Notes under the pieces: generated by a model
Database searches by the model: none
What the model was told of the DNA's origin: nothing
What the model saw: the letters and a program-made list of their open reading frames with translations, nothing else
Made by a program: the position numbers and the translations under genes
Assembly: GCA_964035545.1 (NCBI GenBank)
Contig: OZ037769.1
Location: 17,452,633 to 17,516,632 of the forward strand
DNA from: Bugula neritina
Lineage: Eukaryota; Animalia; Bryozoa
Length of the DNA: 64,000 nt
Direction of reading: 5' to 3'
Shown here: positions 1-13,737 of the stretch, in pieces
Position numbering within the stretch: the first letter of the stretch is position 1
How the letters are laid out: each line of letters starts with the position of its first letter

Positions 1-84
1 AGATATGATAACTCCTCATGTCTATGTATACTCTGTAGTGCAGATATGATAACTCCATATGTCTATGTATACTCTGTAGCGTAG

Positions 85-3000
85 ATATGATGCCACTAAC
101 TCTAATATCAGCTGCTGCGGAAGGACTTTTGTACATTGACCTTAGTCCCAAATTCACATTGAATCTAACACTGCAGGTAATTCTAGTAACTAGATGCAAC
201 TGCTTACAGCGTGCTTATAGTGTGCTTATAGTGTGCTTACAGCGTGCTTATAGTGTGCTTACAGCGTGCTTATAGTGTGCTTACAGTGTGCTTATAGTGT
301 GCTTACAGTGTGCTTATAGTGTGCTTACAGCGTGCTTATAGTGTGCTTACAACTAGCAGGTGCTCAACCATTATAAACCTACAAGTTGCGGTAAGCTATG
401 AATCCTCATGCCCAGTTTACAACAGATATCAACTATATTACATAACTTCCTAACATTAAAGTTTGATAGAAAATATTAGTCAACCAATCATTTCTACACT
501 TTTAGGTACTTTTTGAGTAAATACAGTATTGAAACTATATCTTAAAATATATATTGTATCCTCTTTTACATACTAATACTGACTTTACACTTGAATGTAA
601 TTCTTTCAAGAACATACGATGCATAATAACATAAAGTGGGCAACTCCAACATCTCTTTATAGATTGTGGGTCACACTGTCTATTTATATCTCAATGGAAA
701 TTACCAACAAAAGTTTCAGCCAGAATTTTTCACTGGAAACAGCACGATACACTCTGTTGGCGTAGGATCGCGTGCCTTCAGGGGTTCCATACAGGACATA
801 CAGGTGTTGAACACAACAGCTTCGACCAGGTAAAACTCACCTCAACTTTTACAGTATGTTAGAAACAGTTATGTGTCATGCTCAACAAAGAAGAATTTTC
901 TTGTGGTTTCAATTTCATTTCTTACTACTAAAGTCTTATTTTTCAACTTAAACAACTTCTTGTAACTTGCGTCTGTTCAAAACATGCAGAACACCAAAAC
1001 GCAGTTAGGTCAATTCCGCTACAAGAACTGAATTAGAGTTTCATTCTGCAATTTTAGTCTCCGACTTCTATTTCCTGGTCACATTAAACACTCGGGCAAT
1101 GTGATGCTAGGAGTGTGGGACTTGTGTAAATCACTTCCTGTATGTTTTGATGGCCTGATTTGGCATCAGATTTTAAAATTAACATAAAATATTTCTACAA
1201 ATTTATATCAATAAGCAATTGTTCTCTTATAGTGAGATCTACGCGATGCAGAAAGGGTTGACACCAGTTCAGCACGTCGTCAGACCCGAGTGTGAATGTC
1301 CGAGGTATTACTTTGACTCATTCAATCTGCTAAACAAAGGGGCTGCGGGTGGCCCAGTTCTCAGTAGCACATGTGGAGATGACTCCCATAGCTCTACCGC
1401 AGGCAGGTTCGTCGAGTCAGATTCTAGTAACGGAAAGTACTCGGTGTTCACAGCAGACGGCTGGATGTCTCCCCTGGTGAACGAGTCAGAAATTACCATA
1501 AGACTACAGCAGTCTGTAACGGTGTGTTTATAGTCTGTTTATAGTCTGTAATGATATGCCTACAGTCTATAACGGTGTATAGTCTGTTTATAGTTTGTTA
1601 CAGTTTGTAGTATGTTTGCAGTCTGTGAATTAGTGTGTGATTTGGTTTGTCTATTACTGAATTATTCTTGGAAGTTGGACATCTGAATTATGCACTAAAT
1701 GAATACATATTTATATAGTTTGGTATAATCACTTTTCTATATTACAAGCTATATAATTTCTGAAAAAAGTATTATTGTTGCAAGGAAAATATGCTGATTC
1801 TGGTGTATAACGTAAATACGAATTAAAGTTCATTTTATTTATGTTTACAAAAAGGTGTTTTTAGTATCTGGAGTCCTCGATGGCCCACAGCCTGTGAATC
1901 TAGAGGTAGAGGTGTATGAGAGTGAGACGAGGCGGGTGGCTATGTATGTTAGTGATGACTGCATGCAAGACTATGGTATAGAAACTTACGATGTACAAGA
2001 ACTACTTGATGTCACAAACAACCAGCAGCAAGGTGGCAGTCAACCTCTCTGTTTGGCTAAGGATGACATTTTTTCTAAGATGAGCAAGTATGAGCTAAAT
2101 CATCTATGTTGTAATATTTTCATAAAAAATGTATCACCACTGCATGAGTGAAAAATTGTCTTATAGCTGTTTTGATTGTTTTCCAATTCATTACTTAAAT
2201 TGATGTTTCAGACGTTTATAACTTTGTCTTTCAATTAATTCTTCAAAGTCCGAATTATAAGTAGTTTTTAAAGTTTGATTCCATAAAAAATGACACCTGC
2301 TTAAATTTGCAGGCATTGGATGGTTCCGATTGTAATGAAATACAGATACTCGCATGACGACGTCGCTGGGGGGCTAAATGGAAACAGACTCATCATAAGA
2401 CTGAAAGGGCATTGCGGGACAACTTCTGGAAGTCACCAGAATTGGTACAAACTAAGTCAACTGAGAGTATTTGGGAGGTAAGTGATCTTGTGAATTGACT
2501 TTAAATGCAAGCTAGTAATTTTGCTTACAGCATACTCCTGTTGTCATGGCAACATAACTGTGGTGAGATAGATGTGGAGTTATGTTCTCTCTGTAGGCCA
2601 GACTGCAGGGGGCAGAACTACACCATCATACCGGAGCCGTTTGCCATCGCAGAATACTATGACCTCTCCTCTAACATGAGGATATACACATGCCGCTGTA
2701 CACCTGGGGTTAGTGGAGATCACTGTGAGGGCTGTGAAGAGGTCGATGGTTTGTATAGGTACCACACAGGAAGTGGCTGTAGAGACTGCGGTTGCTCAGA
2801 CCTGGTGTCCAGTAAGCAGTGTAACAAAACAACTGGACAATGTCCATGTACAGATGGAGGAAGCAACACTCGAGCTGGGAGACAGTGTGTGAGTATTCAG
2901 AGTGGTGATGTCATTCTTTGGATCTTGAGAAAGTTATTAAATTGCTAATTCTTTTTGTAAACTAAATGAAAGTTACAAAACAAATAAATGATTGCAAATG

Positions 3001-6000
3001 AATACAGAATGTAGTAAATGTGTGTGAATACTGCACGTAGCACTGGTATATAGAGAAGGTAAAGCCTCTGTATGGGCCTGTAGCTGGAGGCACATCTGTT
3101 ACGCTACACGGAGGGTACTTTGATAAAGGACAGCCGACGGTTGAACTGGCAGGAATTCAACAAAACTTAACTGTACAGTAAGAGTCTCAAACCTATTCTA
3201 TAGTAAGCTTGTGAAATCAGAATAGTAATACAGTGTGTGAAATATATTCTAAAGATTTTGGGATACAGCATTGATAGCCGAGTACTATAATGAACCAAAT
3301 GTTATGTTTCATTTTACTCATCTAGTCTAATAGGGAATCTCAAGTGGCAAGGACATTTTATCAGATACATATTCATAATGACCTTAAGAAGTATCTCTTG
3401 AATATATCAAATACTGTTGAATGCATGCAGTGGTTTGCAGTACGATGTCTGAGATTGCCTTTACCACAATGCCATATGAGAATGAGAACGGCACAGAGAC
3501 AGAACTAGTTGTTTCTCTGACCAACACTTCTATCGACATCGGACCACCCGCCAAGCACTTCCCCTTCGAGTTCAGACCAAACAACATAATTCATGACATA
3601 TTTCCTCGCAAGTCTATTTTGAGGTGAGTGTGAACCATGAGGCCTCGCAAGGTGTATTCTGCTTTTCTCAAGTCGTAATGCAATAGCCAACATATTATAC
3701 AATGCTGTTGTTAACTGAGCTGAATTTTCTAGCGGAGGATCTACTCTAACTATTGCGGGGGAGAACATGGACTCCGTAGCCTTCCCTAAAATCCTCATAT
3801 ACATCAGACAGGAGAAGGCAACTCTCGGTGTTGTGGAGAGGGTTTGTTTTTTCTAATGCTCAAACCCATTTATTAGAAGACTTATTTTTCATTCTAATTT
3901 ATAAAAAAACTTCATTGCTAGTTATAACTGGGTTAAAACAATTCGCATACTTACATCAACAGAGGATAAGAAGAGAGAGTTATAAAATTTGTTTAATTTC
4001 TGTAAAACAGACAATGATAGTTTCCAATTCGACTTAATAATTGCCAAGTTTAAATCTTAACATAACATCTTGCTGTGTGATTTCAGAACTGTGAGCTCAT
4101 AAATGAGACAGTAATAGAGTGCGTAACTCCATCAACAAGCGAAGAAGCGCTGCCACATCTGGTCGGGATTGCACGCTTTGGTAAGTGACCACTGTTCTCA
4201 AATAATTTGATGGAGGGTTTGAAGAATTGCAAAACTGAGTCGTTGAAGAAGAGATTTCAGCGGCAATGGTAGCCATTTATCAGCTATGCATCACGAAAGC
4301 AGTGCTTACAATTGCCGGATACTATCCACAATATTGGCCAAAACTTGCTAAATATTTCATAATTATTATGACTATCAAATTAGAGAACTGTATACGCAAC
4401 ATTTATTGTGTTTTCTGTTGACATATCAAACAGTCTAGAACTGGCTGATCTCATCTGTCAATTTCTAAAAGATTTTGTGCCAACAACCAAGCCTTCTTCT
4501 ACATCCAGCACAGTTGCACCTTTTCTTGTTACCACCACACCCAGCACTACAACCACAGCACCCACCACTACTACCACTACACCCACCACTACTACCACTA
4601 CACCCAGCACTACTACCACTACACCCAGCACTACTACCACAGCACCCACCACTACAACCACAGCACCGAGCACTACTACCACTACACCCATCACTACAAC
4701 CACCACACGCACCACTACAACCACAGCACCCACCACTACAATCACCACACCCAGCACTACTACCATTACACCCACCACCACACCTACCACTACAACCACC
4801 ACACCTACCACTACAACCACCACACCTACCACTATAACCACTACACCCACTACCACACCTACCACTACAACCACCACACCTACCACTACAACCACCACAC
4901 CCACCACTACAACCACCACACCCACCACTAAAACCACCACATCCATCACTACAACCACCACACCTACCACTACAACCACCACACCTACCACTACAACCAC
5001 CACACCCACTACTATACCTTCCTCTGTAACCACCACACCCACTACTATACCTTCCTCTGTAACCACCACACCCACTACTATACCTTCCTCTGTAACCAGC
5101 ACACTCACTACTACACCTTCCTCTGTAACCAGCACACCCACTACTATACCTTCCTCTGTAACCAGCACACCCACTACTATACCTTCCTCTGTAACCACCA
5201 CACCCACTACTACACCTTCCTCTGTAACCACCACACCCACTACTACACCTTCCTCTGTAACCACCACACCCACTACTATACCTTCCTCTGTAACCACCAC
5301 ACCCACTACTACACCTTCCTCTGTAACCACCACACCCACTACTATACCTTCCTCTGTAACCACCACACCCACTACTATACCTTCCTCTGTAACCAGCACA
5401 CCCACTACTACACCTTCTCCTGTAACCACCACACCCACTACTATACCTTCCTCTGTAACCAGCACACCCACTACTATACCTTCCTCTGTAACCAGCACAC
5501 CCACTACTACACCTTCCTCTGTAACCACCACACCCACTACTACACCTTCCTCTGTAACCACCACACCCACTACTATACCTTCCTCTGTAACCAGCACACC
5601 CACTACTATACCTTCCTCTGTAACCACCACACCCACTACTATACCTTCCTCTATAACCACCACACTCACTACTACACCTTCCTCTGTAACCACCACACCC
5701 ACTACTATACCTTCCTCTGTAACCAGCACACCCACTACTACACCTTCCTCTGTAACCAGCACACCCACTACTATACCTTCCTCTGTAACCAGCACACCCA
5801 CTACTATACCTTCCTCTGTAACCAGCACACCCACTACTATACCTTCCTCTGTAACCAGCACACCCACTACTATACCTTCCTCTGTAACCAGCACACCCAC
5901 TACTATACCTTCCTCTGTAACCAGCACACCCACTACTATACCTTCCTCTGTAACCAGCACACTCACTACTATACCTTCCTCTGTAACCAGCACACCCACT

Positions 6001-9000
6001 ACTATACCTTCCTCTGTAACCAGCACACTCACTACTATACCTTCCTCTGTAACCAGCACACCCACTACTACACCTTCCTCTGTAACCAGCACAAGTTTTC
6101 CGAAGCAGAGTGAGCCTCCAATTTCTCAAAGTCTGTTTGTAAGTGGATCACCGGGTAAGCAATTCTTTGGTTTCTCTGATGTCTCCAAAAACTATGAAGC
6201 TGTTCTACCCAAATGCATTTTAGTCTCAGAACAAGCTCAGACATTCTATTGGGGAAATCTTAAATATTTTGTTGATGGATTGAGCGTTGCCCTGGTGAGT
6301 TTTCCACAATGTTAGCAGCAGCACTACACCACGCAGCCTTGACCCACACAACTAACCACTTAGCAGCTACTAACATATCTACGTATATTTTCGGTATTTC
6401 CAATACCAACTCAACACTAGTTGAAAATTTTTATAAAGTACACATTCCAAATGCTATGCTTATTTAGGGGCACTGAATGGCATCAATGGAATAAAGTTTA
6501 CTCTGGGTCTGAAGTTGGATGGCATTTTAGTTTACCAGGATATGGCTAATAGTCATGATTCATTTATAAGAAGTTTATCCGAAATACTGATTTACACAGA
6601 CCCTAAAATATCAAAGTTCAAAGATGAAGTCTTGGTGGGTCATTTTGTTACTTGCAAATGAGTTGCACCAACTAGGTGCAGCTTCTTATAAAATATAAAG
6701 CATGAGGACCTAATGCAGTAGCCCATGTGTGTCTATTTACAAGTCTTATCACAGAATCAGCTGATAGTATGCTGCTGAGTACATAGTGCTTCAGTTTACT
6801 TCACCACTTTCCTACACACACACCTGCTGTGAAATGTCACAGGTCTACAAGTACCCAGAGAGTATAGAGTTTGAGGGAGAGCTCCTCACCACATCTGGCT
6901 TGAAGGAAGCTGACTACAAAGTCATATTAGGAAAAGACACAGAGTGCGAGACAACTTTGCTCACCACCAACAGTCTCACCTGCAAACCGCCTCCTCAGCA
7001 GCCTGAGCCAGATCCAGGGGTCACTAAAATACATAATCAGAAAACGGTGCCTCATGTAGAGGTAACTCCTATTGTCTCGTGTCTCAGGGTAGTTTTGATG
7101 GAATTTTGGCAAGCATTGTTACTGTGAGGGTACAGGTGTACATGTACCCTGTGCTTTGATTTCATGCAAAGTGTTACCTGTGTGCTGACTTTACATTACC
7201 TCAATCTGCAGTGTAACAATGCAAAGTTTTTTCAAACCAACTGAATCATGTATAAGATCTATTTCTCGACCAAGATGTGTGACATCTACCACAATTAACA
7301 TGATTACCCAGGTGAGAATTGGCAGAGGTAGCCTCTCGTACAAAGTTGGCTATATACACTACTGGACAAACCTCTGGGAGGAGAGCATTTCCCTCCGCAT
7401 ATGTGTCATGGCGGGTGTCCCGCTGGTCATCCTGGCAGCTGTTGCGACAGCCTTTGTCTGCTACAGGAGGAGGAGACATTTGAAAGCAAGAAATGCAAAG
7501 TGGAGTTACGGTGACTACTCAGTCGCAGGTAAGAGTATCGGGTATGTTGAGAGTACTGAATCAGGTTAGAAGGAATGTCAACTCAGTGAATAGTGATACG
7601 ATTACTCAGTAAATAATTGATTCCCGTAAACTTAAACCCTGAAAGAGTCTTTTTTGTAGTGTCTATAGAAGTTGAAGGTTATGTGTCTTATAGTTTTATC
7701 TAAAAACTTTAATTTTTTTGGCTATATTCTGCTATGTTGTTGTTATATGTCTGCAAATGGTGATATATTGTCATTATAATATCTATTTGCCCAAAGTTCA
7801 ACTCAAGACAGTACCAGACAACCAGTTGCGACCTGACCTCGCAATCAAAGTCACACAGCATAGAATTTCTAAGGAAGACATCAGTGTAGGAGATCAGTGT
7901 TTAGGAAAAGGCTACTTTGGAATTGTTTATAAAGGACAATTGAAAACACAGAATGGAAGTTTAAAAACTGTGGCAATCAAAGGATTCAAAGGTAAATCCT
8001 ATAAAAGTCCAGAAAGAAGAATAATTTTTATGTTTTTTTAATATTAATGAGAATTCTGAAAAGAATTTGAAATGTTATGCAAAAAGCTGTTTAAATGCGC
8101 GGTGGCCATTTGAATACCAGAGTTATATAACCATCTCCAACGTTCAGCTGACCTACTGAGAGGTTGAGATAACTTTTCCTTGTATGATTAAAGCAAGTGT
8201 TGTTATGACACGTCTATAGCCAATGATATGATCACCTCTTCCACAGATACTGTAGAGGTGACGTCTGAAGATATCGAGAAGTTTCTTGAAGAAGGGATGT
8301 TTATGATCAACTTTAGACACCCTAACGTGCTCTCTCTGATTGGTGTAGTGTTTGAGAGAAAGGACCGCCCACTTGTCATATTACCTTTCATGGAAAATGG
8401 AAACCTGCACTCCCTGATAAGCAGGGAAAGAATGGTAAAGAATTGTCTTTCCTCAGTCTTATACAACTTGACTCATTGATATAAAACTAGAAAGTATGCA
8501 GTTTAGCAAATTTCTACTTAGTATAGTATAAATGCATGCATCAGAAACCGTTTATTCAGAAGTAAATATGGCTTGAATAATGTTATTGGGAAAAAAATTA
8601 CGTGTTTGGATGTTTTAGACATTGAAATCTAAGCTCTCATTGGCTGACTTGATACACTGTGCTCATCAAATAGCCAACGGGATGGCATATCTAGAAAAGA
8701 AGAATTGTATTCACAGAGACCTTGCAGCTAGGAACTGCCTGTTAGTATATTCAACCTTGACCTGTGTTGCTATAGTTACATAGTTATACAAAGAATAGCA
8801 GGAGTAATAAGTGGACCTGGTTTTGTAGAGTAGACGGAGCACACGTAGTGAAGATATCAGACTTTGGAATGTCTGTGTACATCGAAGACGGAAACTCGTA
8901 CAAGATGTCAGACATGAGTCACCCTCTGCCTGTGAGGTGGACAGCAATAGAGGCAATGACTGAGGGAATATTCAGTTTCAAGTCAGATGTGGTAAGATAG

Positions 9001-10234
9001 TGTTATACCTACCAGATGTTTGCCTATTCACTACATCACACTTACTGTTACCATGGTTACAGTGTATAGCTCTTCACTACATCACACTTACTGTTACCAT
9101 GGTTACAGTGTATAGCTCTTCACTACATCACACTTACTGTTACCATGGTAACATTTGCTACATTTCAGTGGTCATACGGAGTAACACTGTGGGAGTTATT
9201 TACCCTTGGCCTCATCCCTTACAGCGGAATGAGAGACAAAGCTATTACATCACTTCTCTTATCTGGCAGACGATTGGACAAACCCACTTCCTGTCCGCAA
9301 ATAATGTGAGTCCCAAACTAAAAACTCTCGCTGTGCTCTGAACATGTTACTATATGCTATCTTAACTCTCATAGTTGCTCTGCCACTAATTTGCAAGTTA
9401 ATTAGGAGTTACTGTCTCCTGTAAGAGCAATCTCTGTGTGACATTCTCACTTCTCCAAATGTTATGACCAGAGAAGGCTCCATGCAGAATTTACTTCTTA
9501 TAACAATCAATACCGAACTACTCTAACGAGAGAAATAGTATGGCTTCACTATAAATTATTTTATAGAAATCATATTTTTTACCAAATAATAATACAGTAT
9601 ATTATAATGTAAAATAAGGTATCTGTTATACAATAGCTTATTTCTGCGTGCCAACAGAGTTGCTTAAATTAGAGCTCACTGTTGACCTTCACCTTTACTC
9701 TGTACTCTGATACTTGTTAGATTCCTATAGTAACTCTTTAGTCGACTACACTGAGGGAAAGATAACTCTCTGCTAACACATGAGCCCATGCTCTATAGAC
9801 TCCAGACTACTAACTCCTGTATTCAGAGTTGTCCTCTACTGAACCTTTGCAGATTTGGGCTAATGCTTAGCTGCTGGAAGGAGAACCCAGCCGACAGACC
9901 GACATTCACTGGTATTTCCGCCTTCTTTGACAGACACCAGAGGGAGGAGCTTGTTTCTGCCGTCAAATCAGAGAGAGTTCACTTCTACTCAAGACAGGCT
10001 ACTCGCAGCATTCCCGAAGACTATGTAAGGTCATCTGGTTACGTCACTGATGTGTATCTAGATGATGAGAAAAAAGAAATAGTTGACACGGAAAATGGGT
10101 ACTTCATACCCCTAGCGAGAGACGCTATAGCGAGTGATGACGTGTGTGGCGCTGTAGTAGCAGCTCCTGAGACTAGGCATTGTACATTATCTAGTTATTG
10201 CTACTTCGAAAGAAACGAGTTGCTATTTTTGTAG
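85..10234 (+). CDS. Receptor tyrosine kinase, MET/RON-like, with LamG-like/LamNT/laminin-EGF + 3 IPT + mucin ectodomain (5'-partial, 20 exons, ~1,740 aa)
   Basis: Phase-consistent GT-AG exons: 85-176, 663-829, 1233-1521, 1855-2087, 2313-2477, 2597-2888, 3041-3177, 3441-3623, 3733-3841, 4087-4180, 4472-6154, 6468-6634, 6843-7061, 7312-7528, 7797-7991, 8247-8434, 8619-8740, 8829-8991, 9169-9305, 9853-10234. IPT motifs [72 protein letters not shown] followed by RRRR. Kinase motifs [57 protein letters not shown]....ADRPTF. Confidence 0.9.
201..350. repeat. 11-bp minisatellite (gtgcttatagt) in RTK intron
   Basis: Tandem gtgctta(t/c)ag(t/c) units. Confidence 0.9.
663..2888 (+). CDS. RTK exons encoding LamG-like end, laminin N-terminal (LamNT)-like domain and laminin-type EGF repeats (usherin-like)
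   Basis: Spliced translation ..[128 protein letters not shown]. The Cys spacing is laminin-EGF; motif order resembles the usherin N-terminus (from memory). Confidence 0.7.
4472..6154 (+). CDS. Mucin-like Thr/Pro/Ser exon of the RTK (coding tandem repeats: ~21-bp TTTTTTP units, then 33-bp [12 protein letters not shown] units)
   Basis: Open frame (ORF 4408-6315); acceptor ctaaaag|ATTTT at 4471/2 and donor CCGG|gtaagc at 6154/5; both phase 1; 1683 nt = 561 codons. Confidence 0.8.
7797..10234 (+). CDS. Tyrosine kinase domain and C-terminal tail exons of the RTK
   Basis: All catalytic motifs are present across six exons (GxGxFG, VAIK, alphaC Glu, [18 protein letters not shown]); stop TAG at 10232-10234. 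Confidence 0.92.
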
Positions 10235-11392
10235 AACTGAGTAAGCGCTTAAAACCTGTTTTTGAACTTCATAGCTCCAACTTATGTTCAATTTATTACT
10301 TAGAATATCCATTTCTGTAAGCACAATTATAATCATTTTCCAGTAAATGGCTTGTTTATAAAATATTAGTCATAATTAAGATCGATTCTCAACAACTGTT
10401 CGCTGCTTCTAGAGAATTTTAAGTCAAAACTATTTTTACCAAATCTTGCCATAATCGTAATATAATCAGATAAATATAATTAACTGAAACAGCAGAACCT
10501 GTTTTGTTATGAGATAAATAAGCATGTATTTGTCTTTATATTACACCGTCACGGTCGAAGCTTCATATTACAAGCAATTTCCACGTTGCACATGTTTAGT
10601 AGGGAGATGACGCTCCCCTCCCCCAAGATCTAGGGCAGAACTGACACTCTAAGGCTATTAGTTGAGTTGGAATATCACACATAGTGGCTAAGCGTGAAGA
10701 ATATTGTCTCAAAAATCAGCAAAGTATTAGTTTTCTTAGATTTTAGTTCCACTTGAATAGATTCATCAACACTGCGGGCATACAACCACCTGCCCACAAC
10801 TTGAGACCAGCATGCTGGTGGATTTGGGTTGATATTTAGGAGTCATTTCTATTTGTGTTCAAGGTACATAAGATACACACACTGAGCTCTAACTTAAAGG
10901 TAGTACACAGCATATTATATTGGGAGAGAGAGCAATGTATAGTCAGGAAAGACAACTCCCTGTATATTTACATATACTCTGTTACTATAAACAGCTGATA
11001 GCTGAGGAAGTCAATTCAATCAAATACAAAACATGTTTTTCTGACACTCCATCCAATTATTTGAGTAATTTTATCAACTTGATACTCTTTTATTATATAA
11101 TTATGGAGAAAATGCACTCAGTGACCCCATAACTGCAACTTAACACTTTAATTTGGAATATTCTAGAAATGTTAATAACAAGTTGAGACACGTGGTCTAG
11201 GGACTGATTAGTAACCATATGCAACTTGTTTCCTCATAAAGAAAGTATTTCAACTTCTGCAGTAAGACTTTGGGCACAGAAGTTTTATTTCCTGTTATAA
11301 CTCACGTCTGTATGACAGTAGGAAGAGTTGAAATGTTTGTTTGTTGGTTAGCATTTACTAGATAGCTAATTATCTTATCAGGGTTTCATTCT

Positions 11393-11818
11393 ACTTAGAC
11401 GCTTCCCAGTTAGACACTATTTTTATTTTGGTACCATAATAATGTATATAACGGTTGTATTGATTGCTAAATAGCTAATATGCTAACAGCTATAATAGCT
11501 AATATAAATTATCTGAAATAATAGCCCACTTTTCACATATTTGTGTGGGGCAAAATACATTATTACATTAATAACAGACATTACTTTTTATGAGCACTCA
11601 TCACCAAAATATTTTTTCACACAACAAGAAGTACAGAATATGCAAAATTAATAATTTAATGCATATCAAAGAAAGTTATTTATGTGCTAAATAGCAAACA
11701 ATTGATTCAAGGGTTTATTTAAATACACATATATTTCAATAAAATTCAAATAAAATGCGCATAAAATATATATTGTACCAAAATAAATAAATAGAGACAA
11801 ACTGGGAAGCGTCTAAGT
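11393..11818. mobile_element. MITE-like element (~426 bp) with terminal inverted repeats
   Basis: acttagacgcttcccagtt (11393-11411) is the reverse complement of aactgggaagcgtctaagt (11800-11818), extending imperfectly to ~45 bp; AT-rich non-coding interior; related diverged copy near 57012-57380. Confidence 0.65.
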
Positions 11819-12113
11819 GAAACGACACAGTAATCAGAGCTGACATATTCCCATCACAAACAGCCACTCGAGGCACCCTGTAAGGAATGAGTAGTTTAGA
11901 AGTTCTATACTCGTATAGATAAACACCTCATCTACTACACAGGAAGGTATGATGATGTGCAAGTGATAAATCACCGAGTAGTTGCAGCCCAATTAGTAAC
12001 ATGAAACTTTCCGCAGTAATTAATTTGAAAAATGTACTACAAAATAGTTATGTAACGATAAAATCATTAGATGCATGAGTGTGACTTTGCCTGTACCTAT
12101 AAGATATACATAG

Positions 12114-12783
12114 GTAAGTACATAGGGCAGGTGCAGTAAGTACACAGTACAGGTGCAGTAAGTACATAGTACAGGTGCAGTAAGTACATAGTACAGGTGC
12201 AGTAAGTACATAGTACAGGTGCAGTAAGTACATAGAGCAGGTGCAGTAAGTACATAGTACATGTGCAGTAAGTACATAGTACAGGTGCAGTAAGTACATA
12301 GCACAGGTGCAGTAAGTACATAGTACAGGTACAGTAAGTACATAGTACAGGTGCAGTAAGTACATAGTACAGGTGCAGTAAGTACATAGAGCAGGTACAG
12401 TAAGTACATAGAGCAGGTGCAGTAAGTACATAGTACAGGTGCAGTAAGTACATAGTACAGGTGCAGTAAGTACATAGTACAGGTGCAGTAAGTACATAGT
12501 ACAGGTACAGTAAGTACACAGAGCAGGTGCAGTAAGTACATAGTACAGGTGCAGTAAGTACATAGTACAGGTGCAGTAAGTACATAGTACAGGTGCAGTA
12601 AGTACATAGTACAGGTGCAGTAAGTACATAGTACAGGTACAGTAAGTACACAGAGCAGGTGCAGTAAGTACATAGTACAGGTGCAGTAAGTACATAGTAC
12701 AGGTGCAGTAAGTGCATAGTACAGGTGCAGTAAGTACATAGTACAGGTGCAGTAAGTACATAGTACAGGTGCAGTAAGTACAT
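12114..12783. repeat. 22-bp minisatellite (gtgcagtaagtacatagtacag), ~30 copies
   Basis: Direct tandem repeats; explains the periodic ORFs in several frames. Confidence 0.95.
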
Positions 12784-12968
12784 CAACAGTGAGAGAATTA
12801 TTCAGCTTGTTTTTACTCAGATCAGTAAATTCCAGTGCAACGCTCAACTATGTGTTTACTTGTGATGAAACATAGAATCATGGTTGTTAATGAATGGGCC
12901 TCCTTTGTTAGTTGAGAACTGAGACTATACAAAGAACTGAGGCTAAATATACAGAACTGAGGCTATAC

Positions 12969-13233
12969 TAGCTGTGAGTGTAGGACTATATAGCTGTGAG
13001 TGTAGGACTATATAGCTGTGAGTGTAGGACTATATAGCTGTGAGTGTAGGACTATATAGCTGTGAGTGTAGGACTATATAGCTGTGAGTGTAGGACTATA
13101 TAGCTGTGAGTGTAGGACTATATAGCTGTGAGTGTAGGACTATATAGCTGTGAGTGTAGGACTATATAGCTGTGAGTGTAGGACTATATAGCTGTGAGTG
13201 TAGGACTATATAGCTGTGAGTGTAGGACTATAT
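12969..13233. repeat. 22-bp minisatellite (gctgtgagtgtaggactatata), ~12 copies
   Basis: Near-perfect tandem repeats. Confidence 0.95.
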
Positions 13234-13737
13234 CATCTCTAAGCGGAGTGTGTGTTGTACACCCCCTTCCGGCACCTTCATAGCTTCAGTTCCCAGTATG
13301 TTTCCTCGAGTCAATCTACATGCTTTCAGTTGCTGTGGGGTTTATCATCTTTCAACTATGGATTTAACACTGCAATATATGATGCCATCTCTAATTCTAT
13401 TCTTAATTATAACTAATCTATTCCTATAACAGCTCTATATTCTTATAACAATAGTGGGGAAGCCGTGACGTCACCAGCTATTGCAGTAAACAAACAAGTT
13501 AATATAGATGCACCAACAGCAGCTATCAACTTATTTGTTAATCAACAAACAGTGCGACTTGTTTACAATAAGCTATATATAGCTTTGTCTGCTGCAGCTG
13601 TAATGAGATAGGCTATACGTCTGTCACGTGATAGGCTATACGTCTGCAACACAAGAAACCACGTGGTGGTCGTTTCATCTACCCGATCTGTTTACCAGCG
13701 AATGAATCACTTGACCACTCTGTATTGTCTTAAGGAA

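Noticed and set aside
4458-6129. Long minus-strand ORFs (VVVG.. and [10 protein letters not shown]..)
   Set aside because: Antisense shadows of the mucin repeat; only the plus frame has splice sites fitting the RTK.
85-10234. Assigning the symbol MET or USH2A
   Set aside because: The architecture matches neither gene fully; orthology needs a phylogeny.
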